From IMG/VR virus record IMGVR_UViG_3300025635_000020: DNA of 64,000 nucleotides. One strand, given 5' to 3'. Origin of the DNA: an uncultured virus (IMG/VR IMGVR_UViG_3300025635_000020) (lineage: Duplodnaviria; Heunggongvirae; Uroviricota; Caudoviricetes). Made by a program: the position numbers and the translations under genes. Every line of letters starts with the position of its first letter. Positions within the stretch are counted from its first letter, which is position 1. The notes under the pieces were generated by a model. That model was not told where the DNA came from and made no database searches. It worked only from the letters and a program-made list of their open reading frames with translations. This document shows, in pieces, positions 19,163-28,445 of this stretch.

Positions 19163-19855
19163 TTATGCTGCGGTTGGCCGATCTTGATTTTTTAATCGCC
19201 AAGGACTGGAATAGTTAAAGTCTACTCGTATTACATAACGCTCGTGAAAGCCAAAATTGGAGCTGCCATGATATACATTGTCTGGATCCCAATCAAACAC
19301 ATCGCCAGCACGCCATTTGATAAAATTATCACCAATTTGAAATGCTTGCCCGTGTTGCCAGTCGTCCACAAACAGCAGCATTCTTCGATATGGTGGTTGT
19401 TGGTGTTGGTCCTTGGTAGTATTATTATCAGAGTATTTGAGTCGATCCACGTGCATGGCAAAAAATTGGCCCGGTAGTTGCAAATTGACCACGCATTCTA
19501 TTGTGTCAGGGTCAGCAGCAAGTAACCGAACAAATTCTGCTTTGAGTTGATCTTTGTGAGCTGCTGGTATTTCAATATAGTTCATACCATTTTTTCGGGC
19601 CATATGACTGTGTTCGGCATCATCAAATAACCAAGAACGCACCTGTTCTTCAGTGAGCCCCAGGTCTGCCCCCGCTCTGCCTGGGAAATTATCATCCTCG
19701 TAAAAATTTCTATAGTACGTAGTGTGTCTATAATTTTTAAGATCTTGCAGTATTGGACTTAGATGTGCTAGGTTAACAACCGGACTGTACTCAATCTTGT
19801 TGAGTTCGGGCCGAGTGATTTGATGTTGCAGTTGATGTTGGTACCATTGTTTCAT
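19163..19855 (-). CDS. cupin / Fe(II)-2OG oxygenase-like protein
   Basis: QLPGQFFAMHVD...DWQHGQ...WRAGD...HGSSNFG...R; start MKQWY 4 nt after TAAATA (19860-19865). Confidence 0.6.
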   Translation of the reverse strand: MKQWYQHQLQHQITRPELNKIEYSPVVNLAHLSPILQDLKNYRHTTYYRNFYEDDNFPGRAGADLGLTEEQVRSWLFDDAEHSHMARKNGMNYIEIPAAHKDQLKAEFVRLLAADPDTIECVVNLQLPGQFFAMHVDRLKYSDNNTTKDQHQQPPYRRMLLFVDDWQHGQAFQIGDNFIKWRAGDVFDWDPDNVYHGSSNFGFHERYVIRVDFNYSSPWRLKNQDRPTAA

Positions 19856-19870
19856 GGTGTATTTAAAATT

Positions 19871-19900
19871 AAAAAGGAACACCTATAATAAATGTTCCTT
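19871..19900 (-). terminator. intrinsic terminator
   Basis: AAGGAACA / TGTTCCTT inverted repeat followed by a T-run on the minus strand, just after the 718-aa gene. Confidence 0.6.
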
Positions 19901-19919
19901 AGGCCATGTAGTCTCAGCT

Positions 19920-22076
19920 TTATTTTTTAGTTTTGGCTAAAGAAATAATTCGCTCTAAAGAGTCGGGTTGACGACTTTCATAGTACGAACCAGTAACAGC
20001 GGCATTGTAGTTAATGGCGTCGTCATGCGGCGGCTTGTCTAAAGTTTCACCCATGATGCTAGATGCCATGCCCACTCCACATTCGGCTAGTCCATGTTCA
20101 GGGCAGTACTCGCCTTCGGCAGTCATGTTGCAGGTGCTACCTTCTGTGGCCACTGGCATGGCCACTGGAGCAATTAGATTTTCACCAAGATGAAGATGCC
20201 GGCCCAGTTGATCAGCAATCCAGTTGTAGGGATCACCGGTACGAGCTTTGGCCACACCATAGGGCATTTCGCCGCTGTCGCTGTAGTAGTCAAACAAGGC
20301 GTCATACAAATCATTGTCTAGCTCGCCGTCGGCTTCAAAGTTTTTAACTTCGTGTTTGAAGCGATTCAAAATGTGATCAAGAGTTTCGCCTGATTCATCT
20401 AACATGCGGTGTTCTTTGATTGGAACCCCAGCTAGGTTTAGCATACGGTTAATGTCTTCAAATGTAGCAAGGTTATCGCCTTCCGCCACACCTTGCTCTT
20501 TAACGGGATATTCTTTGCCGCCTACAGAGATTTTTTCACCGGGTTGGATACCATCACGCTTGGCATCAGCCACTGCTTTACTAAAGGCATTGCCTTCGTT
20601 CATGCCCAAATGATCTGCCAATTGATCAGCAATCCATCCGCCAGCGTCGGCATCATAGTTGCGAATGTCGCCGCGATCAAAATAGTAATCCCACAATGCT
20701 GATTCTAGATCATAGTCTAAATCGCCGCCTGCCTTAAAGGCTGCAACTGATTTAGGAAATTTTGCCAAAAGTTGATCTAGCCCGGATCCACCGTCTTCGG
20801 CCACGGGCTGTTGTTCGGGCTGTGGTTGCGCTGAGACATCGGCCGCAGCAGGTTCGGGCAATTCAATGCCTAGTTCAGCCAGTCGATTCATGACTTCTGT
20901 GTCGTTCCAGGCATTGGCACGCGGGTCACGTGCAGCAAGTTCTGACAGACGGTCAAACAACACATCATCGCCTACCAAATCATAAAGTTGTTCTGTGGCG
21001 TTGATTGCATCGGGACCAACAATCAGTTCCTTGGTCATGAGTGTTTTAAGTTTGTCCAACTGCTCGGGGGTTTCTGGCAATGACCATGTTCCTTCGCTGA
21101 GATTGTTAATCCAATTTTCAAATATTTCTGCCTCTTTCATATCATGTCCTCTTTGCTGAATTCGGGCCAGCAGCGGCAATGCTGCTTCTATGCGGCTGTC
21201 TATACTCTGTTCAATAAACAAAGTTTTGATGTTGTCTACAACACCTTCTTGTTCGGTAATAGTGGCCGGATGCCACGATTCAAAATATTTTGCGTAGCCA
21301 CGACTGGTGGCCATGTGTTTTAAATTCTCTCGCAGAGTTTGATAGTATGCTTGCGCTTCTGTCACTAACTCTTGTGTGGTACCTTCTAGTATGCGATTCG
21401 CTGACGCTCTATTAAAACGACTTAGCACGCCGATCTCATTCACAGTTTCTGTGATGTGGCAACCTCTAACATCATAAGGTTTACCGCCTTGTCGCACATG
21501 CTCTAGCATGGCTCTTGCACCTGCTAGGCTTTTGAATCCCAATTTAAAACGTTCGCCATCCACTGTTTCAATAAAAATTCGATCAATATAACGATAGCGA
21601 GCATCATTTTCGCCCAAGGGTTGACTGTGTATGATTTGCAAACGTGCTTCTGTTGGTTGGCCAGCGTAGCTGATTTTTCGTGTGCCGTAATAGCCTTCAA
21701 ACAAGCCTTCTTGAATTGCAGCTAGGCCTTGCATGGTATATTTGAGCTGGCTTATGTCAGAAATGCTGTGCGTCCAACGATTTTTAGTAGCGGTGTGATT
21801 TAGGTGTTGAATAAAATTAAAAAATTCATTTTTATCATCACCTTCCATGGTACGGCCCAGGTTGTCTCCGTACATGATTTTCATGTCGTTGTCTGAGTCC
21901 AGCACAATAACCATGGTGCCATAGTTTTTTCCAGTGCCAGAAACGTAGTCAAAAGTAAAGGTTTTTGCGTTTTCTGCGTCTGTAGGTTTTCCCAACTGAT
22001 CTAGCATTTCAGGATGAAAATTGCGTGTGACCAGCAAATCTAATAATTGTTGTGATATTGAATTAACAGTAGCCAT
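19920..22076 (-). CDS. large putative head/internal virion protein
   Basis: 718 aa, TAAATA 7 nt upstream, follows terL; acidic C-half with an internal duplication and many x-x-E motifs. Confidence 0.6.
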   Translation of the reverse strand: MATVNSISQQLLDLLVTRNFHPEMLDQLGKPTDAENAKTFTFDYVSGTGKNYGTMVIVLDSDNDMKIMYGDNLGRTMEGDDKNEFFNFIQHLNHTATKNRWTHSISDISQLKYTMQGLAAIQEGLFEGYYGTRKISYAGQPTEARLQIIHSQPLGENDARYRYIDRIFIETVDGERFKLGFKSLAGARAMLEHVRQGGKPYDVRGCHITETVNEIGVLSRFNRASANRILEGTTQELVTEAQAYYQTLRENLKHMATSRGYAKYFESWHPATITEQEGVVDNIKTLFIEQSIDSRIEAALPLLARIQQRGHDMKEAEIFENWINNLSEGTWSLPETPEQLDKLKTLMTKELIVGPDAINATEQLYDLVGDDVLFDRLSELAARDPRANAWNDTEVMNRLAELGIELPEPAAADVSAQPQPEQQPVAEDGGSGLDQLLAKFPKSVAAFKAGGDLDYDLESALWDYYFDRGDIRNYDADAGGWIADQLADHLGMNEGNAFSKAVADAKRDGIQPGEKISVGGKEYPVKEQGVAEGDNLATFEDINRMLNLAGVPIKEHRMLDESGETLDHILNRFKHEVKNFEADGELDNDLYDALFDYYSDSGEMPYGVAKARTGDPYNWIADQLGRHLHLGENLIAPVAMPVATEGSTCNMTAEGEYCPEHGLAECGVGMASSIMGETLDKPPHDDAINYNAAVTGSYYESRQPDSLERIISLAKTKK

Positions 22077-22086
22077 TGTAGTATAT

Positions 22087-23682
22087 TTAGCGCATCATTG
22101 CAATGAATGGGAACGGTTCAATTATGTTGTCCGTGTGGTCTTTAAGGTAGGAATTTAGGTCTGCGTGATATGATTGTAGCAACATCAGCATTCTAGTAAC
22201 AAGTAACCCTGCCATCACAAGATCGTCTGTTTCCCCAATTTTGGCTTTGTAACTATTAGTACCATCTGCCACAAAAGTTTTTAGTTCTGATATCAAGGGT
22301 TTTGAGTACAGTTTCATGCGACCAGATTCAATTAGCACTTTGAACTTGTTGCAAGCCACAATTTTGCTTTTGTTTGTGGTATTAAATCCTTTGCGGATTC
22401 TACGCCCGCTGTTAGTGCCCTGCACTGAGTTGTCACTGAGAAAATAGCCTGGAATGTTTTCTTCTCCGTATTCCGCAATGGAAATCAACGCGGCTTCACC
22501 CAAGGTATTGTTTTCTACAGAATAATAAATTTTTTTCTCATCCTGGACCACAGAGTATATTTCTTTAATAATGTCTGCTAGTATTCGTATCTGTGTGGGA
22601 ATATCAGTTCGGTTGTGGCGCCATTCTGCTACTTGTTCTGTGGTCTCTGCTTCAAACACTTGTATGGCTGAGGGATCTCCCCCTGTGCCCAGACTAGGAT
22701 CAAGTGCTACAATGTACATTTTGTCACGGTCAATGGGACGGTACCAACGTACTTGCCCAGTCTTGTGTATGGGCTCTACGCCCTCTAGTTCCAAGAGTTT
22801 AACAGGACTTATTAGTGTCTCATCATTGATAACAAAGTCACAGTCCATTTCACGACGAAAACGTTCGTCTCCCAGTTGGCTACGTTGTTCAGCAGCCCAC
22901 TTTTCGTCCCTGTCAGGATGTTCACGCCAGTAGGATCTAAATGCCCGGAAGCCATTGATACCCAGGCCATCTGGTCTTGGATTACCAAATTCGTCTTCTA
23001 TTTTATTTGCACCCTTCCAAATATAAGCAAACTGATCTTCGTCACTGTTGGGGGTCGAAGTAATAATTGCTTTACCACCGGTTGACAGTGTAGGTGTAAT
23101 AGAAGTCCAAAATTCTTTGGCAATTGTGGGTCTAACGAACGCAAACTCATCTAAGTACAAGAGTGAAATACTCATACCACGACCAGTATTTTCAGTTGTG
23201 GTTTGGCTCACAATACGTGATCCATTGTCAAATTCCAATGAGCCTTTGTTGTAGCTGGTGGCACCTGCTCTAATGTGATTGGGGCACAGTTCATAGGCAT
23301 AGCGAATACGATTCATGATTTCTTGTGCGCCTAGGTACTTGTGTGCGGCAATAAGAATTGTAGAGTCAGGCACAAACATAGCATACCATAACAAATAACC
23401 AGCTGCCGATGTTGATTTGCCAGTTTGTCGAGGCATTAGTGAGATTGAAAAACGATTGTTGTGATAGTTTGCAATCAGTCGCTTTTGGTATTCATATGGA
23501 TGATACAGCATTTTTCCTCTAACAGGATGTTGTATGTAAAAGAAGTTGTCCATGAAATACATAGCGCCGTTCACAGGATCGGCGCACTGAGAAAATTCTT
23601 CAAGTTCTTGTTCCGTGAACGTTTCTTTTCGATGCGGTGCCTTGACCAGCACTGTATCAAGTGTACTTTTTGCGCCAATCAT
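22087..23682 (-). CDS. terL: terminase large subunit (T4 gp17-like)
   Basis: PRQTGKS Walker A, LLYLDEFAF Walker B, TSTPN, RNase H-fold ALDPSLGTGGD, DDLVMA. Confidence 0.95.
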   Translation of the reverse strand: MIGAKSTLDTVLVKAPHRKETFTEQELEEFSQCADPVNGAMYFMDNFFYIQHPVRGKMLYHPYEYQKRLIANYHNNRFSISLMPRQTGKSTSAAGYLLWYAMFVPDSTILIAAHKYLGAQEIMNRIRYAYELCPNHIRAGATSYNKGSLEFDNGSRIVSQTTTENTGRGMSISLLYLDEFAFVRPTIAKEFWTSITPTLSTGGKAIITSTPNSDEDQFAYIWKGANKIEDEFGNPRPDGLGINGFRAFRSYWREHPDRDEKWAAEQRSQLGDERFRREMDCDFVINDETLISPVKLLELEGVEPIHKTGQVRWYRPIDRDKMYIVALDPSLGTGGDPSAIQVFEAETTEQVAEWRHNRTDIPTQIRILADIIKEIYSVVQDEKKIYYSVENNTLGEAALISIAEYGEENIPGYFLSDNSVQGTNSGRRIRKGFNTTNKSKIVACNKFKVLIESGRMKLYSKPLISELKTFVADGTNSYKAKIGETDDLVMAGLLVTRMLMLLQSYHADLNSYLKDHTDNIIEPFPFIAMMR

Positions 23683-24412
23683 CTAATATTCTTTCTGCTA
23701 ACATTTTGTGTCCTTTGGGCCCGGCATGCATACGATCTCTAGCATACTCAACTTCTTCTCTACTACGAGCAAAATATTCGTGAGCATCATAAGTTAAACA
23801 TTGAATTCCAAATTCTGCACACATTCCTTCAACCGCTAATTTGTTTCGTAAATTATTTAAGTCAGCATTGCGATCATTGACAAACCACTGTTGTATAAAT
23901 TTATCATTTATATCTTGCATGCATGGCATATAGGTTTCATGAGGAAGTTGTGGATCTTCAGTTATGAGATCAAATCTATGTTTAGGTGGCGCAACCATTA
24001 CTACAAGTTTTGGACTTAATTTTGGTATCCAGTACTGTGCTTGCATAAAACAAGTATCTGCACTGGTTCCAGCCCATGCCAAGTTCCACACAGCTAATCC
24101 AAGCTCTTTGCCTACCAATGTAGGCCAGACCGTATTGATCGGTAAACCAATGCCTACAGTATAACTACATCCCAATGCAATCAATCCAGGTTGTTTGGTA
24201 TCAAATTCATCACATCTAAATCCATGGGAATTAATTTTGTAATTAATAGCACCCGGTTGATCCCACCCTCGTTTACAAAAATAATCCCAAAACTCAGGTT
24301 CTTTGATTAATTTATCATAACTTTCTTTGGTATCAGTTGGCAACCAATCTAATGTTTGCCCAGCATAACGCATACCAAAATGCCAGGGAGGGGTTATAGT
24401 GGTGTTATCCAT
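23657..24412 (-). CDS. SGNH/GDSL-like hydrolase or acyltransferase
   Basis: NSHGFR, ALGCSYTVG (block I-like), NLAWAG, DRMHAG (DxxH). Confidence 0.65.
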   Translation of the reverse strand: MDNTTITPPWHFGMRYAGQTLDWLPTDTKESYDKLIKEPEFWDYFCKRGWDQPGAINYKINSHGFRCDEFDTKQPGLIALGCSYTVGIGLPINTVWPTLVGKELGLAVWNLAWAGTSADTCFMQAQYWIPKLSPKLVVMVAPPKHRFDLITEDPQLPHETYMPCMQDINDKFIQQWFVNDRNADLNNLRNKLAVEGMCAEFGIQCLTYDAHEYFARSREEVEYARDRMHAGPKGHKMLAERILDDWRKKYT

Positions 24413-24933
24413 GTGTATGATGTTATTCTAAAATTTTCCACTGGTGTCAGCATGGCATGCCAAAGTAATTTTCTATAACCAACATTGTCAGATTTGTTAA
24501 TCATTATATAGCCTGTGTTGGGTTGTGATGGCACTTGATAGCGCAGAGCTCCAGGGTCTTTATACCAATAAAATGTTGTGCCAGGACCTATCCATGTCAT
24601 GTGCAAACTTCCCGGCATTTCACCATCGGTGTGCATGGCGCAGGTAAAGTTGTGTTCGTCTAACCAAAATGCTGTGCCATAATAGGGAGCAATTTTAATC
24701 CCAAGTTGACGTTCTATTTCTGGCCAAGATTTTGATAGTTCCATGTCCCATTGCTCAATCCACGGAATGGCACCGTTGCGTATACGCCTACGATTCCAGT
24801 TTTCTTGTCCTTCTTGACGATCCCAGGCAAGATTTATCCAGTCGGTTGACAACAATTGTGTTACAAGACTATGAGAAAATACGTTCTCAACTCTAAATAA
24901 ATTGTTTTCACTATCAACTGTATTTATTTGCAT
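24394..24933 (-). CDS. Fe(II)/2OG-dependent oxygenase-like protein
   Basis: MHTD...GTTFY...NTGYIM...WHAM...RITSY. Confidence 0.65.
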   Translation of the reverse strand: MQINTVDSENNLFRVENVFSHSLVTQLLSTDWINLAWDRQEGQENWNRRRIRNGAIPWIEQWDMELSKSWPEIERQLGIKIAPYYGTAFWLDEHNFTCAMHTDGEMPGSLHMTWIGPGTTFYWYKDPGALRYQVPSQPNTGYIMINKSDNVGYRKLLWHAMLTPVENFRITSYTWITPL

Positions 24934-26072
24934 AGGAACTCCAACTCAGGCCATAGTCTCACAAACTCACCTAGTTTGTCAGGATGATACCGATGTTCGA
25001 TGTCATAGATGTGTTTCCAAAATGCAATATCAATGTCAGACACTTTGGTAATCTCTGTGCGATCAGCGTAGGTTTTTAAGGCTTGATCAAAAAACACACG
25101 CTCAGTGTCTGTTACTAGATTGTTGTCATACAAATATTCAATCTCTGCTGATGCAAGTTCGGCAACACCAGCGCCATGCAAAAATGGATCTAAATGCCGG
25201 GGTTGAAATAAATTTTGCCATAAAATAGTTGTGCCCGTGTCTTGAGCAAATTGTTTCAATTCACGCAAACATGTAGCATTGTAGATATTGTACACGGCAT
25301 GTATGCCACCCCAATGACCGCTGTTTTTCATCAGGTTCTTGACAATTGCTAGATTATTTTGTAGCACAGCCCATGATCCACCGTAACGAACGTATTCAAA
25401 GCGTTTACCCACATTATCAAAGCTCATTGACCATCCAACTTTTTTACGTTGTGCTAATTTCTTGAAAATCTTGTTTTTCTCCAAATCCACATTCATGTTG
25501 GTAATCAAGGTAACAATAGCTGTTTCTGGTATAACATCCAGCAGCCGTTCATTCTCAGGCAACAGCAACGGCTCGCCACCAACTAGCGCCACTTCGTGTA
25601 TGTGTTCATGATGCTGTTCCAAGAAATCACACACCTGTTCATAGTAAGGGCGTGTACCAGACTTAAAGGGAATATTCTTTAACCCTGCCCATTTTGAGCT
25701 GGCGCCGGCATCACAATAGTTACAACTTAAATTACAAGTTGTGTTCCAACGCACATCCACGATCACAGGATAGTGATATTGGTTGCCGGCAGTGGCATAA
25801 TCAAATCCGGGGTTGACATTGTTGTGCCATTGACGTTCCGAGTCTGCACCAAAACGTTCGGCCTGCACACAATTTGAGCAATATTCGTGTGGTTGGCCTT
25901 GTGCTAGACTAGCACGTACTTCTGCCATGACATTGTTGTTAAGAACTTCTGTAATAGAACTTGAATTGAGATTTCCAAGCATGTTGGGATTACCAGCACA
26001 ACAAGTTTTGACATCGCCTCGGGGATTGATGTGCAGGCCGCGCCATGGGGCCGCACAATAAAAATTAGTCAT
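24924..26072 (-). CDS. radical SAM protein with N-terminal twitch-like domain
   Basis: YCAAPW...KTCC...CSNC, CNLSCNYC, GGEP; TAAATA 4 nt upstream. Confidence 0.9.
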   Translation of the reverse strand: MTNFYCAAPWRGLHINPRGDVKTCCAGNPNMLGNLNSSSITEVLNNNVMAEVRASLAQGQPHEYCSNCVQAERFGADSERQWHNNVNPGFDYATAGNQYHYPVIVDVRWNTTCNLSCNYCDAGASSKWAGLKNIPFKSGTRPYYEQVCDFLEQHHEHIHEVALVGGEPLLLPENERLLDVIPETAIVTLITNMNVDLEKNKIFKKLAQRKKVGWSMSFDNVGKRFEYVRYGGSWAVLQNNLAIVKNLMKNSGHWGGIHAVYNIYNATCLRELKQFAQDTGTTILWQNLFQPRHLDPFLHGAGVAELASAEIEYLYDNNLVTDTERVFFDQALKTYADRTEITKVSDIDIAFWKHIYDIEHRYHPDKLGEFVRLWPELEFLCK

Positions 26073-26087
26073 CCTGTATTTACAGGA

Positions 26088-26897
26088 TCATTCAGTTCGG
26101 CCGCACTTTTGACGTTTGGCTGTGGTCAGTGCGCCAAAATCCACAGGCCACTCTTGTCCTGGCTGTAGTTCGCGAGCGTTTGCAGGAAACTTAAACTGCA
26201 CACCTGCTTGTTTTTGAATATCCGCAACAGTTACACGGAATCGAGTTAGATCATTACCTAAGTTTTGATAGGGCTTGGTATGTGGGAACACCCAACCTGC
26301 TACGGCACCAGTTTGTTGATCAATGACAATCTTGTAGTAGCCATTGGGCACAATTACACCACGACCAATGTATTCGTTACCAGCGCCATACATAGCTCCA
26401 ACGTAGATGGTAAACGGGCGATTCTGTTGGACTGCCCATCCGCGGATGGATGTCTCTAGTAACTTCCAAATTCCACGATTTAGGCTTCCGTGTTGCGGAT
26501 ACATGTTGGTCATCAAAAAACTCTCGTACTCGACCTGTTGGCTCCAACTCAAATCCCCGTCTGGTGCTGCATGGCCCTTGTCGTAGCCCGTGCCCGCATA
26601 ATCCGACGGGGTCGCTCCATTTGGGACCGATTGATCCGCAACAAAAGCATTGGTACGTGGAAAACAACCCAGGGCGTTTTGTGGTAGCAAGGTATAACTC
26701 ACATAAGCAGGAATTTTTACTGGTGCATCATAGGCCACAAAGTATGCTTCGCGACAAATAGGAGTTGCAGGACGAGCTGTCTGTGCCCAACCCCAAGGTG
26801 AATGCACGGCACAGGCCTGTGGCGGCAGCGGAGCACGTTGTTCCCAAGCCAACACTGAAGTTGCAAAAAGAGTAAGTGATAGTAATAGTTTTTTCAT
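26088..26897 (-). CDS. DNA/RNA non-specific endonuclease (NucA/EndA family) with signal peptide
   Basis: YDKGH, SFLMTNMYPQ, LNRGIW..LE; N-terminus MKKLLLSLTLFATSVLA. Confidence 0.9.
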   Translation of the reverse strand: MKKLLLSLTLFATSVLAWEQRAPLPPQACAVHSPWGWAQTARPATPICREAYFVAYDAPVKIPAYVSYTLLPQNALGCFPRTNAFVADQSVPNGATPSDYAGTGYDKGHAAPDGDLSWSQQVEYESFLMTNMYPQHGSLNRGIWKLLETSIRGWAVQQNRPFTIYVGAMYGAGNEYIGRGVIVPNGYYKIVIDQQTGAVAGWVFPHTKPYQNLGNDLTRFRVTVADIQKQAGVQFKFPANARELQPGQEWPVDFGALTTAKRQKCGRTE

Positions 26898-26932
26898 ATT
26901 TGTTATTATTTGGTTAAATTACTTATTGTTTT

Positions 26933-27652
26933 TTAAAAACTGTTCCATTCAGTGGGCTTTAACCAGGTGGTATAAATGTGACTGGCTGTTGCCTGGTGCT
27001 GAGACAAATGTAATTTTGTACACTTTATAATATCATCTTTGTTCTGTACAGATTCATATAATTCTTGTGCCCTGGCCCAAGTTGGATCTCCATCATTGGC
27101 CCATTCAAGAGCTTTGGTTTCATCTATTTCAATATGAAACTGCATGGCCAGGTGTGGCCCAAGAGCCCAGGCTTGATTTTTACAGGCAGCACTAGATGCC
27201 AATAATGTAGCACCGTCGGGGATTGTGAAAGTTTCGTAATGCCACTGTATTACTACGGGAGTAGGGTCAGCACCAAACCAATGCTTGACCAACTCATTGC
27301 TTTCGTAGTCAATGGGTTGCCAGCCTATTTCAGGCCGTGGGCTTGAGTCAATGGTTCCGCCCAGTGCCCGGGTCATTAGCTGACCTCCAAGGCAATGTCC
27401 TATTACTGGACGGTCCAGTCTCATTGCTTGTAGTATAAGAATTTCAGCCTGGCGGTTGCTCAACAATTGATCGTTTGCACTCATACCTCCGCCAAGTACG
27501 GCCAGCGCCGAGTAAGGTTTTATACTTGCTGGAAAATTATCTCCGGCTCCAGCGTTATAGAGTTCATAGGCAATACTGTGCTGGTTTAACCATGTGGTCA
27601 AGTATGCAGGATGTTCGAGAGTTTGATGTTGTAAAATTAGTACGGGTCTCAC
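26933..27652 (-). CDS. standalone class I glutamine amidotransferase
   Basis: LGGGMS, GHCLGGQ (catalytic Cys), QWH, QFHIE. Confidence 0.9.
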   Translation of the reverse strand: MRPVLILQHQTLEHPAYLTTWLNQHSIAYELYNAGAGDNFPASIKPYSALAVLGGGMSANDQLLSNRQAEILILQAMRLDRPVIGHCLGGQLMTRALGGTIDSSPRPEIGWQPIDYESNELVKHWFGADPTPVVIQWHYETFTIPDGATLLASSAACKNQAWALGPHLAMQFHIEIDETKALEWANDGDPTWARAQELYESVQNKDDIIKCTKLHLSQHQATASHIYTTWLKPTEWNSF

Positions 27653-27663
27653 AGCACACTACA

Positions 27664-28050
27664 TTAACTTTTGTACCCTTTGAAGGCTTTGATTGGGCTT
27701 TGTGTAGTAACAAACTCTGGTTCGTCGCTGGTTGGAGTGCTGACCAATTTTTTACCACCGGGTGTGTTGGTCATTTGCAATGCTTTGTCAATGACCTTAT
27801 CGATGTGGTTGTTAAATCCAACAACCACTCCGTGCTCACCAAATGCTGTTTCAGCACTCCACTCTGGTCTGTCAGGATTTACTGTGTCAGGCTGTGCATC
27901 GCTTCTGGCTCTGGCTATGGCCACACCAAATCTATAATTGCGGTAAGGATCCGCAGCACTCAAACCTGGAAGTACATAAGTGTCTTTTATTGGCCCTGAA
28001 TATTCCGGAGGCAAGTTAGTCTGTTCAGTGATAAATTCACGGGCTCTCAC
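27664..28050 (-). CDS. MRAREF-motif protein, paralogue 1 (putative internal head protein)
   Basis: GTG start coupled to the previous stop; MRAREFITE...PYRNYRFGVAIA...SPIKAFKGYKS. Confidence 0.75.
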   Translation of the reverse strand: MRAREFITEQTNLPPEYSGPIKDTYVLPGLSAADPYRNYRFGVAIARARSDAQPDTVNPDRPEWSAETAFGEHGVVVGFNNHIDKVIDKALQMTNTPGGKKLVSTPTSDEPEFVTTQSPIKAFKGYKS

Positions 28051-28445
28051 TTTGAATATCCTTTAAATCCTTTGATTGGGCTGGTTTTTTGTACCCAGTC
28101 TGCTTCAGTACTGCGATTGTCTGTTAGTTTGCTTACTCTACCAGCACCAACTGATTTTGCAGCGGCGTTGGCAATTTCAAGCTCAACATCAGTATAAGTG
28201 CCAATGATCGGATCACCGGCAAAGGCACCTGCTGGATCTGTTTCATAATCCGGAGCACCAGCCATGGCAATACCAAAACGCCATTGTGTATAAGGGCTGC
28301 CTCCCTGTTTGTTCTGGCTGATATCGGGCATGCTGATAATGCCTTTAAGAGCCGATGCTTGTGATTTTGGTAGTTTATGAACGTTGGCAGGCACATCAGA
28401 GGCGTTGCCATATTTTGCTTCACTAACAAATTCCCTAGCTCTCAT
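28047..28445 (-). CDS. MRAREF-motif protein, paralogue 2
   Basis: MRAREFVSE...PYTQWRFGIAMA...SPIKGFKGYSK. Confidence 0.75.
   Translation of the reverse strand: MRAREFVSEAKYGNASDVPANVHKLPKSQASALKGIISMPDISQNKQGGSPYTQWRFGIAMAGAPDYETDPAGAFAGDPIIGTYTDVELEIANAAAKSVGAGRVSKLTDNRSTEADWVQKTSPIKGFKGYSK

Noticed and set aside
13162..23682. Inteins or introns in uvsX or terL
   Set aside because: Both have normal length and continuous motifs
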